A DNA stretch of 64,000 nucleotides from a virus (IMGVR_UViG_2974778606_000001:32001-96000), one strand, 5' to 3'; shown: positions 11,060 to 21,825, counted from the first letter of the stretch. Program-made: numbers and translations. The notes: generated from the sequence alone by a model not told the origin.

Positions 11060-11425
11060 ATGACCATCAATAGCAATCAAATCATCAAGAAGCCTGATGT
11101 CGTTATCGACCCCAATTTCTTTCTTCCACCTGGGGTCGTTGACGCTCGTTATCCAAACGAGATTGAAGTCACCACGGAAGAGGTCACGGATGTAGTCGAT
11201 ACAGACGATATTCTTGACGTAGAAAGTGATGATGTAATTCTTGACGAATCAGAAGAGACTGGTGAAGACAATGACCCAGTTGTTCTATATCCACCTGATA
11301 CCGCAATCGTTGTCAGTCAGACAATCAGATTCGACGGTACAGGAAAGCAGGTAGTAGACGTAATTCTGGAAGTACCAGACGTAGATGATTCAATTCAGGT
11401 AGACGTTAGGATGACCAAGGCATGA
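11060..11425 (+). CDS. Acidic tail-region protein, probably leaderless
   Basis: TATAAT at 11048-11053, 6 nt before ATG. Confidence 0.65.
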   Translation: MTINSNQIIKKPDVVIDPNFFLPPGVVDARYPNEIEVTTEEVTDVVDTDDILDVESDDVILDESEETGEDNDPVVLYPPDTAIVVSQTIRFDGTGKQVVDVILEVPDVDDSIQVDVRMTKA

Positions 11426-12219
11426 TAACAACTCAGGGAAAGTCAGTAATCTTCAGGTATCTAGCAGGAAACCTCCCTCGAATTGCAGAGTCAATCGCAC
11501 TCGGAATTGGTTCAACAGCCGAGAACGTCAGCGACACGGCTTTGAAGTTTGAGGTCGACAGGGTTCCTGTTGCTTTGGTGTCTGCGGATATTCTCAACGA
11601 CAAGATTATTTTCAAGGGCACTATTCCACAGGAATACGTGGGAACCATCTACGAGGTTGGACTATGGTATGGAACGCCACCACAGACCTCTGGAGGCAGC
11701 ACAGTAATTGTGTCTTTTGATTCGGAGACTGAGGAGTGGACCCCAGCAACATGGAATACCGCATTGGCCAGAATCGGCACAGACGCTCTACAGGTTGCTG
11801 GTGGAAGTAGTTCCACCCTGTCAGATATCGCCCTTGACTTGTCTGTATATTCAGACGCTGACTTTATGTCATTGGCTTACAACGCAGATGCTGCAATCAA
11901 CAACATCGTAATCAGGTTCAGCACAGATACAACCAATTACTACGAGTACAGTTTTGCAGCGGCAACCGGATATGAAGTCAAGACAATGGGCAAGACACTA
12001 TTTACAGCAACTGGAACTCCTGACTGGAGCAATATCACTTCAATCACTGTTTCAGCGACCGGCACAGGAAATGCAGTCTTCGATGGTATTAGAGCAGAAG
12101 ATGCAGACACCATCAGCACAGACTACGCGCTTGTAGCAAGGTCAGTCCTTCCAGTACCAAAGGTAAAAACTGCTGATACTGAGATGGACATTGAGTACGC
12201 ATTGGAAATCACTATATGA
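11422..12219 (+). CDS. Minor tail protein
   Basis: 265 aa; N-terminus resembles tail-collar domains; overlaps neighbours. Confidence 0.65.
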   Translation: MITTQGKSVIFRYLAGNLPRIAESIALGIGSTAENVSDTALKFEVDRVPVALVSADILNDKIIFKGTIPQEYVGTIYEVGLWYGTPPQTSGGSTVIVSFDSETEEWTPATWNTALARIGTDALQVAGGSSSTLSDIALDLSVYSDADFMSLAYNADAAINNIVIRFSTDTTNYYEYSFAAATGYEVKTMGKTLFTATGTPDWSNITSITVSATGTGNAVFDGIRAEDADTISTDYALVARSVLPVPKVKTADTEMDIEYALEITI

Positions 12220-15200
12220 GAATTCTTCTAAGAGACCTGACACCAGGAACAGATTACAACATTCAGCTTCGTGCGAATGACGGAACCAACGTCTCCGACT
12301 GGAGCCGTATTTTTCCACTTACCACCATTCAGGACACGCTAGCTCCAGCAGCCCCAACGGGGCTTACTTGGGTTGTCAACAGAACCGCATTTTCCGCCAA
12401 ATGGAACGCGGTTACTCAGAATGAGGATGCGAGCCCACTGGAAGACTTCTCTCACTATCTTGTGAAGATTCAGATTCCTGGCGGCTCATATGTCACTGTC
12501 AAGACGACCAACACTTTCTATGACCTGTCATTTGAGACCAATAAGGCTCTGTTCGGAACTCCACAGCCTTCTCTGGAATGCACGGTTTATGCTGTAGACC
12601 TCACTGGAAATGTCTCAGTTCCATCAAGCACCATTACTGCTACCAATCCACCACCACCTGACCCAACTGGAGTAGTTGCGGCCGGTATTGTGGGTGGCGT
12701 CAGCATGCGTTGGGATGTACAGACAATTGATGACCTGGCAGCATACGACGTGTACATGAGCACATCTGGTTCAGGGTTCACTCCAACTACTGCAAATAGA
12801 ATTTACAGCGGAACGGGTAACACGGTTGTCTACGACTCATCCTCTCTTGGTGTGACTCATTACTTCAAGATTCGCTCACGTGACGTATTCGATAGCATTT
12901 CAAATTACGTCACTGTATCAGCGACTCCAATTTCACCAACTGATGTAGACACAACTCCACCAGGCGTTCCAACTGGCCTAGCAGCAACGATGGCTGTAGA
13001 CACCAATGACTCTGCCTTTGCAACGGCAGCGGTTTCATGGACTGCTCCATCAGACACCGACCTTGCTGGATATGTTGTTAGATACAAGCAGAATGCAAGT
13101 AGCACCTACGACTACGTAAACGTCCCTGTAGGCACGACCTCAATTACTATTGGAGGTCTAGTTGTTGGTGTCCAGTACAATTTTTCAGTGCAGGCATTCG
13201 ACCGAAGCACAAACAGAAGTGCGTTCAGTTCAGCAGTAAATGCGACGGCAGCGAACACCGCTCCGTCTACTCCTGCTGCCCCAACTGCATCAGTCAACAC
13301 ATTGCAGATTCAGGTAAATCACGCAATGCAGAAGGCGACTTCTGGACGACTCGAAGCAGACGTTTCCTACCTTGAAGTACACGTAGGAACCACGTCTACA
13401 TTCACCGCAAGCGACTCTACGATGATTGGGCAATTGCAGGTCGAGCCAGGTAGCACCTTCGTTTCTGAAGTTTTCCCTATGGCTGTTACAGACACGACTC
13501 AGGCCCGTTGGGTTCGAGTCATTGCTGTTGACCGAGGTGGATTGAAGTCTTCTCAGTCTGCCGCTGCTGCTGTGACTGTTGGATTGATTTCTGACACGAA
13601 CATTGCCAACGCTACCATCACGTCTGCCAAGATTGCCAGCCTTGAGGCGAACAAGATTACAGCCGGTACTGGTATCATCAACGCATTGCTTATCAAGAAC
13701 TCTCTTACCGTCGATACTGGCGGTACCATCAAGAGCACCAACTATGCGGCCGGTAGCACTGGATACCAGCTATCCAACAATACCCTTGAAATCAATCAGG
13801 GTACAATTCGTGCTGCCGCCCTTCTATTGCAGGATGCTCCTAACATTGTTCTTCCTCAGTATGCAGATTTCGAATTCCAGTCAACCTGGTACACAGGAAA
13901 GACTGTCACATTCAATGATGGAGGAACGACCACTTGGGCAATCGCCACTGCTCCAGAAGTCACGCCAAAGTTTGGTACTCAGTGCCTTAAGCACACCTGG
14001 ACCGGTGGAGGAACATTCTCCCGAGTTTATCAGGGTTCAAGTTACACAGACTACAATGTCATTGTAGAGCCAAACACAGATTACATTGCATCAGTTTGGG
14101 TATTCAACCCAACTGGCTCCGGTGACAAGATGGTCGGCTTTGGTGTAAAGATGGGTGATGGTACAACTTATCCACAGCCTGGTGGAACTCCAATTGTTGT
14201 TGCTAATGGAACGTGGACTAGAATTTCCGGTACATTCAACACTGGTGCAAACAGCACTCTGATGACTTACATGAGCCTTTACAACGCTGGCTCTGTGTAC
14301 TTTGATGGAATTCAGATTGAACGCAAGCTAACCAGTGCAACGACAGCCTCTCCATGGAGAGCCCCAAGCACAACTTCCATTGATGGTGGAATTATCCGTA
14401 CTGGTGAAATTCGTTCCACCGCTTTGGCAAATGGCCTTTCAGGGCAGCCAGCATGGTCAATTAACATGACTGGTGGGGCCCAGTTTGGTGATGCCACAGT
14501 TCGAGGACGCATTGTAGTTGGTGACCCAACCAATCCAACTGCCGATGGTGTGAACAGCCGAATTCACTCAGCTAATTATGTGGCCGGTACGAGTGGATGG
14601 ATTATCCGTAATGATGGATATGCTGAATTCCGTAACCTTGCTGTCAACTCAATCAAGGTAACAGCCCTTGACGCTCCAATGCAGAACAACACCTATGCGA
14701 AGCTATTTGACTACATGCAGGATGGCAATCTATGGCTTTCTCATGGTGCAGTTATTCAGAAGACTGACCCTGGTGCTTACTCTGCTGAATCTCTATTCGA
14801 ATTCACCGGTTCAGGTTTGGTTCTTCGTAATGCTGTTGGTGTTACCAAGGTTGCTTATGACCCAACAATTCTATACCGTATTTCTGCTCGTATTCGTGCA
14901 TTCTCTGTAGGAACACTTAACAGCAATAGCACATTCGAAGCTGGCAATACAACAGGATGGACGACTGATGCAAGCGGAGTGACGCTTGCAGCAAGCACGG
15001 ATTACGCATCCAGTGGAACTTATTCCATGAAGATGACATCAAATGCAACGGGTACGCCTTATCGTGCCTGGACTCTGGTAAATGTTAAGGAAGGATACTC
15101 TTACGCAATCAATGCCAGAATTAAGGCAATGATTCAGGCAGCTTACTACAATGCATCAAACGCAGGAAACATTGAACTTCGAGTTACATGGCTATCTGGT

Positions 15201-18200
15201 GGCTCATATATGAGTGAAGAAGTTCAACTTCTTTCTCCACCAACTGACAGTAATGGAACAATGCTCACAGCGCCTACTGATTGGTTCTCTGTTGGTGGCA
15301 CCTTTGTTGCCCCTGCTGGTGCTACTCAGGCAAACTTCTTTATTCGTCTAGCGCGTTATGACAGCGTTGCTGCTGGTACTGTTATTGGATATATAGATGA
15401 TGTAACAGTAACTACTCCACCACGTATTAAGGTTGGTCTGTTTGGATTCGACAATTCCAATAACATCATCGACTGGGATTATGTCGATGACGCAACCACG
15501 CCTACAAAGAAGCATCCGATGCCAACCGATTACAGTCTTCTTTCTGGATATGCAGCCAATCAGTACATGATGGTTCAGAACAATTCAGAAGTTCAGATTG
15601 CAACCGGTAGCTCTGGCACGACTGCTGACTGGATTACTGTAACTGGATATGTTCGTGGTCGAGGTGGAGCCGGTGCAACGGGTGTCCTTGGTACTCAAGG
15701 AGAGCGTCAAGACCCATACAACCCAGCTTCTCTGAATCAGTCTGTACGCTATCTGGTTCCTTATGTGGAATGGGATGTAGCAACTGGTTCAAAGGCCCAA
15801 CTTGACCAGTTTTCCATCGAGGCTTATGAGAATGGTGCTCCTGCAAAGGTTGCAACCACTGACATCAATGGTCAGAAGGCGGTTTCTGTTGAGAATATTC
15901 AGGGTTCCATATTTGACCACGCAATCAGATTCTACACTGGCGAGCCAGATGAACAGTACCCTGGAATGATTGGTCACGTAATGGACGGAGACTGGAATGA
16001 CGCTTCTCATATCAGAATCTCTCCTCCTCTCATCAACAAGGACTCTGACTACGGTGGTGTATACATTGGCGTCTACGACCGCAATCCGAACTACATCTAC
16101 GATGCCACATTCGAAGATGGTATTACTGGATGGACCGGAATGGCAAATACCACCCTGTCTCATGAAACCACAGTTGGTAGAGAAGATACGAACTCACTGA
16201 AGATTCTTGCGACTGGTACAATCTCAAACCCAGCAACCACAGAACTTCTCGGTAAGTATTCAGTATCAACTCTGACCAACCAGGAACTCGTTGGTCAGAA
16301 GGTATCTGTTAGTGGTTATGCAATGATGGGAACCGCGACCGGTAGAAACGTGCGCCTTGTCGTCAAGTTCATGGATGAAGCAGGAGCAATGATTACTGGA
16401 TACTTCGTCGAGAAGGCAGTAACAAACACTGCTTGGACAAGCTACTCATTCGTCTCTCCAATCGTCATCCCAGACACCTGTTACTCTGTTGAATTCTCAT
16501 TCTCATGGTTCAATGGTGCAACTGGCGACATTGTATATGTCGACGACGTTCAGCTTGAGATGGGAACCAAGAGTGAATTCCGTACCGCGTCTGCAAGCAA
16601 GATTATGCTTCAGTCCGATTACGTAAAGAGCAATGGTGGAATCATCATTTCAAGTTCCGAGCTTGATTTGCCAGATAACGTCTGGGGAGCAACTGTTGGT
16701 GGTCGTCGTGATATGCCATTCTATCCTGGTGTAATCCTTCAGTCTGAAGGTGGAACCAGTGCATTCCGTTATGTAAACTACACAGATTCATCTGGTAACA
16801 GAGCGTCTACACAGGTCACTAACTTCTCTCCTTCAGGAACAGAAGAACACGGAATCAGATTCTATGGAATGAACGATTCAACGTATCCTGGTCGTTGGGT
16901 TCTAACAAATACTACTGGACAGTTTGTTATGTCTAGCTATGCTGACACTGGCGAAGACATGACGACTGCAAGGAATGTTCGTGTCTACGGCCATCTCGAT
17001 GTTGAGGGTGCCCCACCTTGGTCAGCACTGACTCTTGCATCTGGTACTCAGGCCGGTAGCACATATGACGTTTCTTGGTACTTGAACAATGAAACTGTTT
17101 ACCTACGTGGTGTTATCCAGTCCTATGCCGCACGAACGACTCTGTTCACGCTTCCTTCTGGAGGAAGGCCAGTCACCCCAGTTTGGCTATCTACCAACAC
17201 ATGGGACACTGCTGCTTCTACCAGCGTCTCTCCAGCGGTTCTTCGTGTAAACACAGATGGTACTGTTCAGGTTTATCAGGTTTCAACAGTTCGACCTTAC
17301 ATTACACTGGACGGACTAAGCTTCTCTGTAGCTCCAGAAGCAACAGCGCCACCTTCAAGCGGTGATACGACGGCTCCTGGAACTCCTACCGGATTCAAGA
17401 TTACACCATTGTCATCAAGTACCACAACTGGTACTTATCGTCTGAACTGGACTAACCCTTCAGCATCAGACACGGCCGGTGTCAAGATTATCTGGAGAAG
17501 CGACAGATATCCTACTGTAACCATTGCAGCAAGTGGTACCAAGACTCTGACCACAGATGGAAAAATCATTACCGTAACAGGTGCTGCAAGCGCTGCAAAG
17601 CAGTATGACCACTCAGGTCTACCAGTGAACAAGACCATCTATTACCGAGTTGTTTCCTACGATACAAGTGGAAACCACTCAACTTATGTGTCTGCTTCAC
17701 GATACCTGCTAGCTTCACCAATTACAGTGACTGCGAATTCATCAGACTCATACCGTCTTGGATATGGCGGTATGTGGAGAAACGACGGTGACGAAGTTTA
17801 TCAGGGTGACTGGTCAGGTAATGACAATCACAGAGGTATTTACTTGTACGGAACCAAGATTTACGACGCTCTGTCTGCTGGTGGTGTGGTAAGAACTCCG
17901 ACAAAGGCAACTATCTACCTCAAGAGACTGAGCACAGCTCATGGTAACAATACTGGAGTAGGAATCAACCTAAGAGGTCATGTCTACCAGACTAAGCCAT
18001 CTGGTGACCCTGTTGGTGGTATGACTAATGAAGGTTCAGACGGAGATGACATTGTATTCCTATCAAGAGGAGAAGCAGCTACAGTAACAATTCCATCAAG
18101 CTGGTATAACAATATTGTAGATTCAACTGCTGTGAATCGAATTGAAGGATTCGGTGTTTATGGAAGTGCTACAGGTGACTATGCAGTAATGTACGGAGTA

Positions 18201-18248
18201 AGTTCCGGTTCTTCTTACGGAAAGCTTACGCTCTACCACAAGGGCTGA
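12216..18248 (+). CDS. Large tail fibre/adhesin with fibronectin-III repeats and carbohydrate-binding-like modules
   Basis: 2010 aa; repeated DTTPPGVPTGL/W..P..DLAGY FN3 motifs; FE.G.TGW...YIDDV modules. Confidence 0.85.
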   Translation: MRILLRDLTPGTDYNIQLRANDGTNVSDWSRIFPLTTIQDTLAPAAPTGLTWVVNRTAFSAKWNAVTQNEDASPLEDFSHYLVKIQIPGGSYVTVKTTNTFYDLSFETNKALFGTPQPSLECTVYAVDLTGNVSVPSSTITATNPPPPDPTGVVAAGIVGGVSMRWDVQTIDDLAAYDVYMSTSGSGFTPTTANRIYSGTGNTVVYDSSSLGVTHYFKIRSRDVFDSISNYVTVSATPISPTDVDTTPPGVPTGLAATMAVDTNDSAFATAAVSWTAPSDTDLAGYVVRYKQNASSTYDYVNVPVGTTSITIGGLVVGVQYNFSVQAFDRSTNRSAFSSAVNATAANTAPSTPAAPTASVNTLQIQVNHAMQKATSGRLEADVSYLEVHVGTTSTFTASDSTMIGQLQVEPGSTFVSEVFPMAVTDTTQARWVRVIAVDRGGLKSSQSAAAAVTVGLISDTNIANATITSAKIASLEANKITAGTGIINALLIKNSLTVDTGGTIKSTNYAAGSTGYQLSNNTLEINQGTIRAAALLLQDAPNIVLPQYADFEFQSTWYTGKTVTFNDGGTTTWAIATAPEVTPKFGTQCLKHTWTGGGTFSRVYQGSSYTDYNVIVEPNTDYIASVWVFNPTGSGDKMVGFGVKMGDGTTYPQPGGTPIVVANGTWTRISGTFNTGANSTLMTYMSLYNAGSVYFDGIQIERKLTSATTASPWRAPSTTSIDGGIIRTGEIRSTALANGLSGQPAWSINMTGGAQFGDATVRGRIVVGDPTNPTADGVNSRIHSANYVAGTSGWIIRNDGYAEFRNLAVNSIKVTALDAPMQNNTYAKLFDYMQDGNLWLSHGAVIQKTDPGAYSAESLFEFTGSGLVLRNAVGVTKVAYDPTILYRISARIRAFSVGTLNSNSTFEAGNTTGWTTDASGVTLAASTDYASSGTYSMKMTSNATGTPYRAWTLVNVKEGYSYAINARIKAMIQAAYYNASNAGNIELRVTWLSGGSYMSEEVQLLSPPTDSNGTMLTAPTDWFSVGGTFVAPAGATQANFFIRLARYDSVAAGTVIGYIDDVTVTTPPRIKVGLFGFDNSNNIIDWDYVDDATTPTKKHPMPTDYSLLSGYAANQYMMVQNNSEVQIATGSSGTTADWITVTGYVRGRGGAGATGVLGTQGERQDPYNPASLNQSVRYLVPYVEWDVATGSKAQLDQFSIEAYENGAPAKVATTDINGQKAVSVENIQGSIFDHAIRFYTGEPDEQYPGMIGHVMDGDWNDASHIRISPPLINKDSDYGGVYIGVYDRNPNYIYDATFEDGITGWTGMANTTLSHETTVGREDTNSLKILATGTISNPATTELLGKYSVSTLTNQELVGQKVSVSGYAMMGTATGRNVRLVVKFMDEAGAMITGYFVEKAVTNTAWTSYSFVSPIVIPDTCYSVEFSFSWFNGATGDIVYVDDVQLEMGTKSEFRTASASKIMLQSDYVKSNGGIIISSSELDLPDNVWGATVGGRRDMPFYPGVILQSEGGTSAFRYVNYTDSSGNRASTQVTNFSPSGTEEHGIRFYGMNDSTYPGRWVLTNTTGQFVMSSYADTGEDMTTARNVRVYGHLDVEGAPPWSALTLASGTQAGSTYDVSWYLNNETVYLRGVIQSYAARTTLFTLPSGGRPVTPVWLSTNTWDTAASTSVSPAVLRVNTDGTVQVYQVSTVRPYITLDGLSFSVAPEATAPPSSGDTTAPGTPTGFKITPLSSSTTTGTYRLNWTNPSASDTAGVKIIWRSDRYPTVTIAASGTKTLTTDGKIITVTGAASAAKQYDHSGLPVNKTIYYRVVSYDTSGNHSTYVSASRYLLASPITVTANSSDSYRLGYGGMWRNDGDEVYQGDWSGNDNHRGIYLYGTKIYDALSAGGVVRTPTKATIYLKRLSTAHGNNTGVGINLRGHVYQTKPSGDPVGGMTNEGSDGDDIVFLSRGEAATVTIPSSWYNNIVDSTAVNRIEGFGVYGSATGDYAVMYGVSSGSSYGKLTLYHKG

Positions 18249-18255
18249 CCTGAGC

Positions 18256-18285
18256 TTGACAGGTCAGCTCGGTATGAGCTAGAGT
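18256..18285 (+). promoter_or_regulatory. Sigma70/HrdB-type promoter overlapping a hairpin
   Basis: TTGACA-N18-TAGAGT; GCTGACCTG/CAGGTCAGC inverted repeat around the -35. Confidence 0.7.
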
Positions 18286-18323
18286 AGGATTACACTAGAG
18301 AAAAGAAAGAGAAAAATATATAA

Positions 18324-18551
18324 ATGAATCACAAAGATACTCTAAAAGTAATGGCTCTTAGAGAGAGAATTGCTGAGATTACTGCTGGATATGAAGATAA
18401 GATTGCAGACATCCGTGCAGACTTCACCCTTGCAGTAGAAGACCTTCAGTCTCAGATTAATAAGCTTGAAGAAGAGAAGAAGCTTCTGGAAGATGCTAAC
18501 GCTAGCTACCTTGAAAGGCTTGAGGGCAATGTGGTGGCGAAGGAGGGCTAA
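18324..18551 (+). CDS. Hypothetical coiled-coil protein
   Basis: 75 aa downstream of promoter and A-rich leader. Confidence 0.7.
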   Translation: MNHKDTLKVMALRERIAEITAGYEDKIADIRADFTLAVEDLQSQINKLEEEKKLLEDANASYLERLEGNVVAKEG

Positions 18552-18969
18552 GCTGCCTCCAGTACCGACAGTCCCTGTAGATTACCCTACAGGGACTTGC
18601 GTACAGACGGAGAAGGGAGTATTCTTCATCAAGGGCAAGTTCAGGTTCAGAGTCACATCTGAGAGAATCCTGTCTAGCTGGCGCTACCCCTTTGTGATTC
18701 GTTCATCAGAGGCGGCTTGCGCCCGGTATCAGGTTGCTGGTAAGCTTGGATTCCGTCAAGGAACTTTGGTTAAGGATATGTCCAATGGTAAAATGTATCT
18801 GATATCAGAGAACCTTAGACGACAGATTGTTTCGCCAGACTTCTTTGATGTCATGCTATTTCCTCGTGAAGCGATGATTGAAGCTTCACCAGAAGAGATA
18901 GCCCTACATAAGGAAGGAGCGAACATAACTTGGCAATCACCCCCTACAAGCCTACAAGCTGGTCTCTAG
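18529..18969 (+). CDS. Hypothetical protein with two internal repeats
   Basis: Start MWWRRR after GAGGG; repeated GT.V.....G..Y.I....R module. Confidence 0.65.
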   Translation: MWWRRRAKLPPVPTVPVDYPTGTCVQTEKGVFFIKGKFRFRVTSERILSSWRYPFVIRSSEAACARYQVAGKLGFRQGTLVKDMSNGKMYLISENLRRQIVSPDFFDVMLFPREAMIEASPEEIALHKEGANITWQSPPTSLQAGL

Positions 18970-19370
18970 GCGAACAGATTACTCGTGAGAAGCTGAATCA
19001 GATGACAGCCAATGACCAGTGGATTTTTGAGAATCAGCCTAACGCATTCTACAATGCGCATGGAATCAAGAAGACATCTGGTCTGAAGATTATGGCTGGC
19101 TATGTTTACATCAAGGGCGGAAAGGCCCGGCACTACGAGAAGGCTGTATACTTTGGTAACTTCTTCTCAGTAGGATGTAAGCCAGTCATCGTCACAGGAC
19201 AGGTCATTCAGAAGCAGTCTCGAATCCACTGTATCATCAGAGGACTCACAGGAGAATACTGGCCTGACCACAGAGGATTTACCGCTGTGGTAGACTCAGA
19301 CGAGCTAAGCTCAAAGTCTAACTATTTCCACTATGGCGTGAACGTTCAGTTCATTGCTGTTGGATACTGA
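18930..19370 (+). CDS. Hypothetical, possibly minor tail protein
   Basis: 146 aa ending FIAVGY like tail-fibre C-termini. Confidence 0.6.
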   Translation: MAITPYKPTSWSLGEQITREKLNQMTANDQWIFENQPNAFYNAHGIKKTSGLKIMAGYVYIKGGKARHYEKAVYFGNFFSVGCKPVIVTGQVIQKQSRIHCIIRGLTGEYWPDHRGFTAVVDSDELSSKSNYFHYGVNVQFIAVGY

Positions 19371-19666
19371 TGTATCGACCAATTCGAAATTGGCACAACC
19401 GAAAGAGAATGCTCTCAGAAGATGGTTATGTACTGGTGTTTGCACCAGAGCACCCAAAGAGCTTCAATGGCGGCTGGTACTACGAACATCGAATGGTATT
19501 CGAAGCGAAGCTAGGAAGACTACTCAAGAGTGACGAGACTGTTCATCATATTGGAATAAAGACAGACAACTCTCAGAGAAACTTGTTCCTCTGTTCGTGG
19601 GCAGAGCATGAGCGCCTGAATCGACAAGAGCACATGGCCTTGACACGTCGTCAGCGCCTGTGTTAG
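19370..19666 (+). CDS. HNH endonuclease-like protein
   Basis: YEHRMV...ETVHH...DNSQRNL...EH motif. Confidence 0.75.
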   Translation: MYRPIRNWHNRKRMLSEDGYVLVFAPEHPKSFNGGWYYEHRMVFEAKLGRLLKSDETVHHIGIKTDNSQRNLFLCSWAEHERLNRQEHMALTRRQRLC

Positions 19667-19669
19667 GCT
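19640..19669 (+). promoter_or_regulatory. Sigma70/HrdB-type promoter
   Basis: TTGACA-N18-TAGGCT. Confidence 0.65.
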
Positions 19670-19697
19670 TGTCCGTACAACAACGAAAGGAACAAGC

Positions 19698-20453
19698 ATG
19701 TCCGATATGACATGGCTGTTTGTGTCTGACGTCCATTTCCCGAACCATGACAGGCGAATGCTTGACCTGTGGTTCGACGTGATGGATTATCTTAAGCCGG
19801 GAGCTATCGACCTGCTTGGAGATATTGACGACGCAGACGGCACGGGCCGGTGGGCAGAAGGAACTTCCCGAGAAGGCTTCTCCCAGAACGACCCTGGTGT
19901 CACAGGAACACGAGATTTCCTAGCGGAAATCCATGCCAAGGCACCTGATGCTGACAAGCATTTCTTCGATGGTAACCATGGTTGGCATCGGCACGTGAAA
20001 TGGCTGGACAAAAACAATCCTCAGTCTCTTGTGGACGGACTGTATACTCCAGAGAGCATCTACGGTGTTGCGGCCAACGGCTTCGTGTGGCACAATTACC
20101 TGGAACGACCAACTAAGCGATATGGTGACATTTATGCGCACCATGGAGTGAGCATTTCTCAGTACTCTGCTGAGTCTGTTCGCAACGATGTCAAGAAGTT
20201 CGAAGTCTCATTGATTCGTGGACATTCACATCGTCAGGGCTATTATGCTCACACAGCTCCACTGGAAGACCGCACTGTGCGTGGTTGGGAAATCGGCCAC
20301 ATGTGCGTACCTACTGGTCAGGACTATGACCTTTCTCCTGACTGGCAGGCAGGCTTCGCATATGGTGTAGTCTCTGGCGACGAGGTCTTTATTGACCTTG
20401 TGCCTGTAATCAACTACCGATGTAATATCGGTACGAAGGTATTCAACGGATAA
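19698..20453 (+). CDS. Calcineurin-like metallophosphoesterase
   Basis: SDVH, GDIDD, GNH, HHG, GHSH motifs. Confidence 0.88.
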   Translation: MSDMTWLFVSDVHFPNHDRRMLDLWFDVMDYLKPGAIDLLGDIDDADGTGRWAEGTSREGFSQNDPGVTGTRDFLAEIHAKAPDADKHFFDGNHGWHRHVKWLDKNNPQSLVDGLYTPESIYGVAANGFVWHNYLERPTKRYGDIYAHHGVSISQYSAESVRNDVKKFEVSLIRGHSHRQGYYAHTAPLEDRTVRGWEIGHMCVPTGQDYDLSPDWQAGFAYGVVSGDEVFIDLVPVINYRCNIGTKVFNG

Positions 20454-20504
20454 AGATAAGACCTCCCATGCTATAATGAAAGAAAAAGCAAGGGAGGTTT
20501 AATC

Positions 20505-20756
20505 TTGAAGACCAGTAAGTTCTGGAAGGATGCTTTCGAGCGTGCTCTGAAGACTTTTGCTCAGGCAGCAGTCGCAGTTCTCGCTGTGGCAACTGGTGTG
20601 CTCGATGCTAATTGGGCACAGGCCATTTCTGTTGCTGGACTAGCAGGTGTCGTTTCTCTTCTCACATCCATAGCTTCTGCGGGTGTTGGTGATAAGGAGA
20701 GCGCATCCCTTGTTGTCGCAACAAAGGATAAGGTGCCAACAGTTGACACATACTAA
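20505..20756 (+). CDS. Holin (r1t-like)
   Basis: FWKDAFERALKTFAQ...SLLTSI; two hydrophobic segments; GGAGG RBS. Confidence 0.85.
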   Translation: MKTSKFWKDAFERALKTFAQAAVAVLAVATGVLDANWAQAISVAGLAGVVSLLTSIASAGVGDKESASLVVATKDKVPTVDTY

Positions 20757-20922
20757 GTGTGGCGGAAGAGTGTTCATCGACAGAGTCTTTTCAGATAAGA
20801 CTCATCTAGAATTGGCCTGCATTGAGTGCGGGTCTCGATGGATGCTTGACAAAGCCAAGAACAAGCTTGCCAAGTGGCTAGTGCAGAGAGAAAAGAATCA
20901 CTCGGCACAGTTTGCTAGGTGA
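20743..20922 (+). CDS. Small Zn-ribbon protein
   Basis: HTKCGG...CIECG. Confidence 0.6.
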   Translation: MTHTKCGGRVFIDRVFSDKTHLELACIECGSRWMLDKAKNKLAKWLVQREKNHSAQFAR

Positions 20923-20998
20923 AAGACAGGATGCTATACTCGACATAGCGCTCCCCTGCGTACGCAAGTGCGCAGGGGACATTATTGTTTGGAGACCA

Positions 20999-21520
20999 AT
21001 GGGAAAAGAAAAGAAGCCAAAGCAGAGAAAGCGACCGGCAGACAAGTATTTCTTTCTCGATGATGTCCCTCACAAGAAACTGCAAATTAATCGTGGGGCA
21101 GATACTCTGCTCGCATGGAATTACATTGAGCGCAAGAGAGTTCAATATGTCTGGTCGATTGTAAAGAGAAATATGACCAGGGCCTTTTATGGTTCTGAGG
21201 TTCAGAAAATGCTCGGCAGGCATAGAAACAGTCTGTACCTCTATACAAAAGAAGAGCAAATCAGGAAGCCATTCAGAACTTACACTCTGGATGGAGAGTT
21301 CCGACCAGGAATCTATCTCTGGTCAGAGAAGAACATTCTTGAATTGCACGAGCTTCTTGTGCAAAGAGGGTACGGAGCGAAGCGCAAAGATGGATTGCCA
21401 ACTGCGACACGCTTGCCTTCCAGAACCGAACTACTTGCCATGATGCGCAACGATGTGGTTCTATACACGAAGACCAGAGATGGCAACTTCACGCCAGTCT
21501 GGCAAGAAAATGATTGGTAG
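20999..21520 (+). CDS. Putative DNA-binding protein
   Basis: Basic; HTH-like SEVQKMLGRHRNSL; GGAG RBS; TGCTATACT upstream. Confidence 0.55.
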   Translation: MGKEKKPKQRKRPADKYFFLDDVPHKKLQINRGADTLLAWNYIERKRVQYVWSIVKRNMTRAFYGSEVQKMLGRHRNSLYLYTKEEQIRKPFRTYTLDGEFRPGIYLWSEKNILELHELLVQRGYGAKRKDGLPTATRLPSRTELLAMMRNDVVLYTKTRDGNFTPVWQENDW

Positions 21521-21525
21521 GTCAG

Positions 21526-21825
21526 ATGGCTACAGCTAAATATACTCCATTTGGAGACACACTTAATCCAGCAGTTGCAATTATTCAGGCTGCGAACGCT
21601 CTTGATGTCGCTGCTCGATTTGCGGTGGAGACCAAAGACTCTAGGGCTCTTACAGAGATTGCCAGGTCATGGGTTGAAATCAGTGGTCGGCTGGGGTACG
21701 ATGACGAAGAAGAGGGCGACGATGAACCAGAAGATGTTGAGCGTCGCTCATTTGGTTTCTCAGTAACGAGTGATATCGAAGAAAAGGATGAGGAGGAAGA
21801 AATTGTCTCAGTCAGTGAGTGCTGA
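21526..21825 (+). CDS. Hypothetical acidic protein
   Basis: ORF tightly packed in operon. Confidence 0.6.
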   Translation: MATAKYTPFGDTLNPAVAIIQAANALDVAARFAVETKDSRALTEIARSWVEISGRLGYDDEEEGDDEPEDVERRSFGFSVTSDIEEKDEEEEIVSVSEC

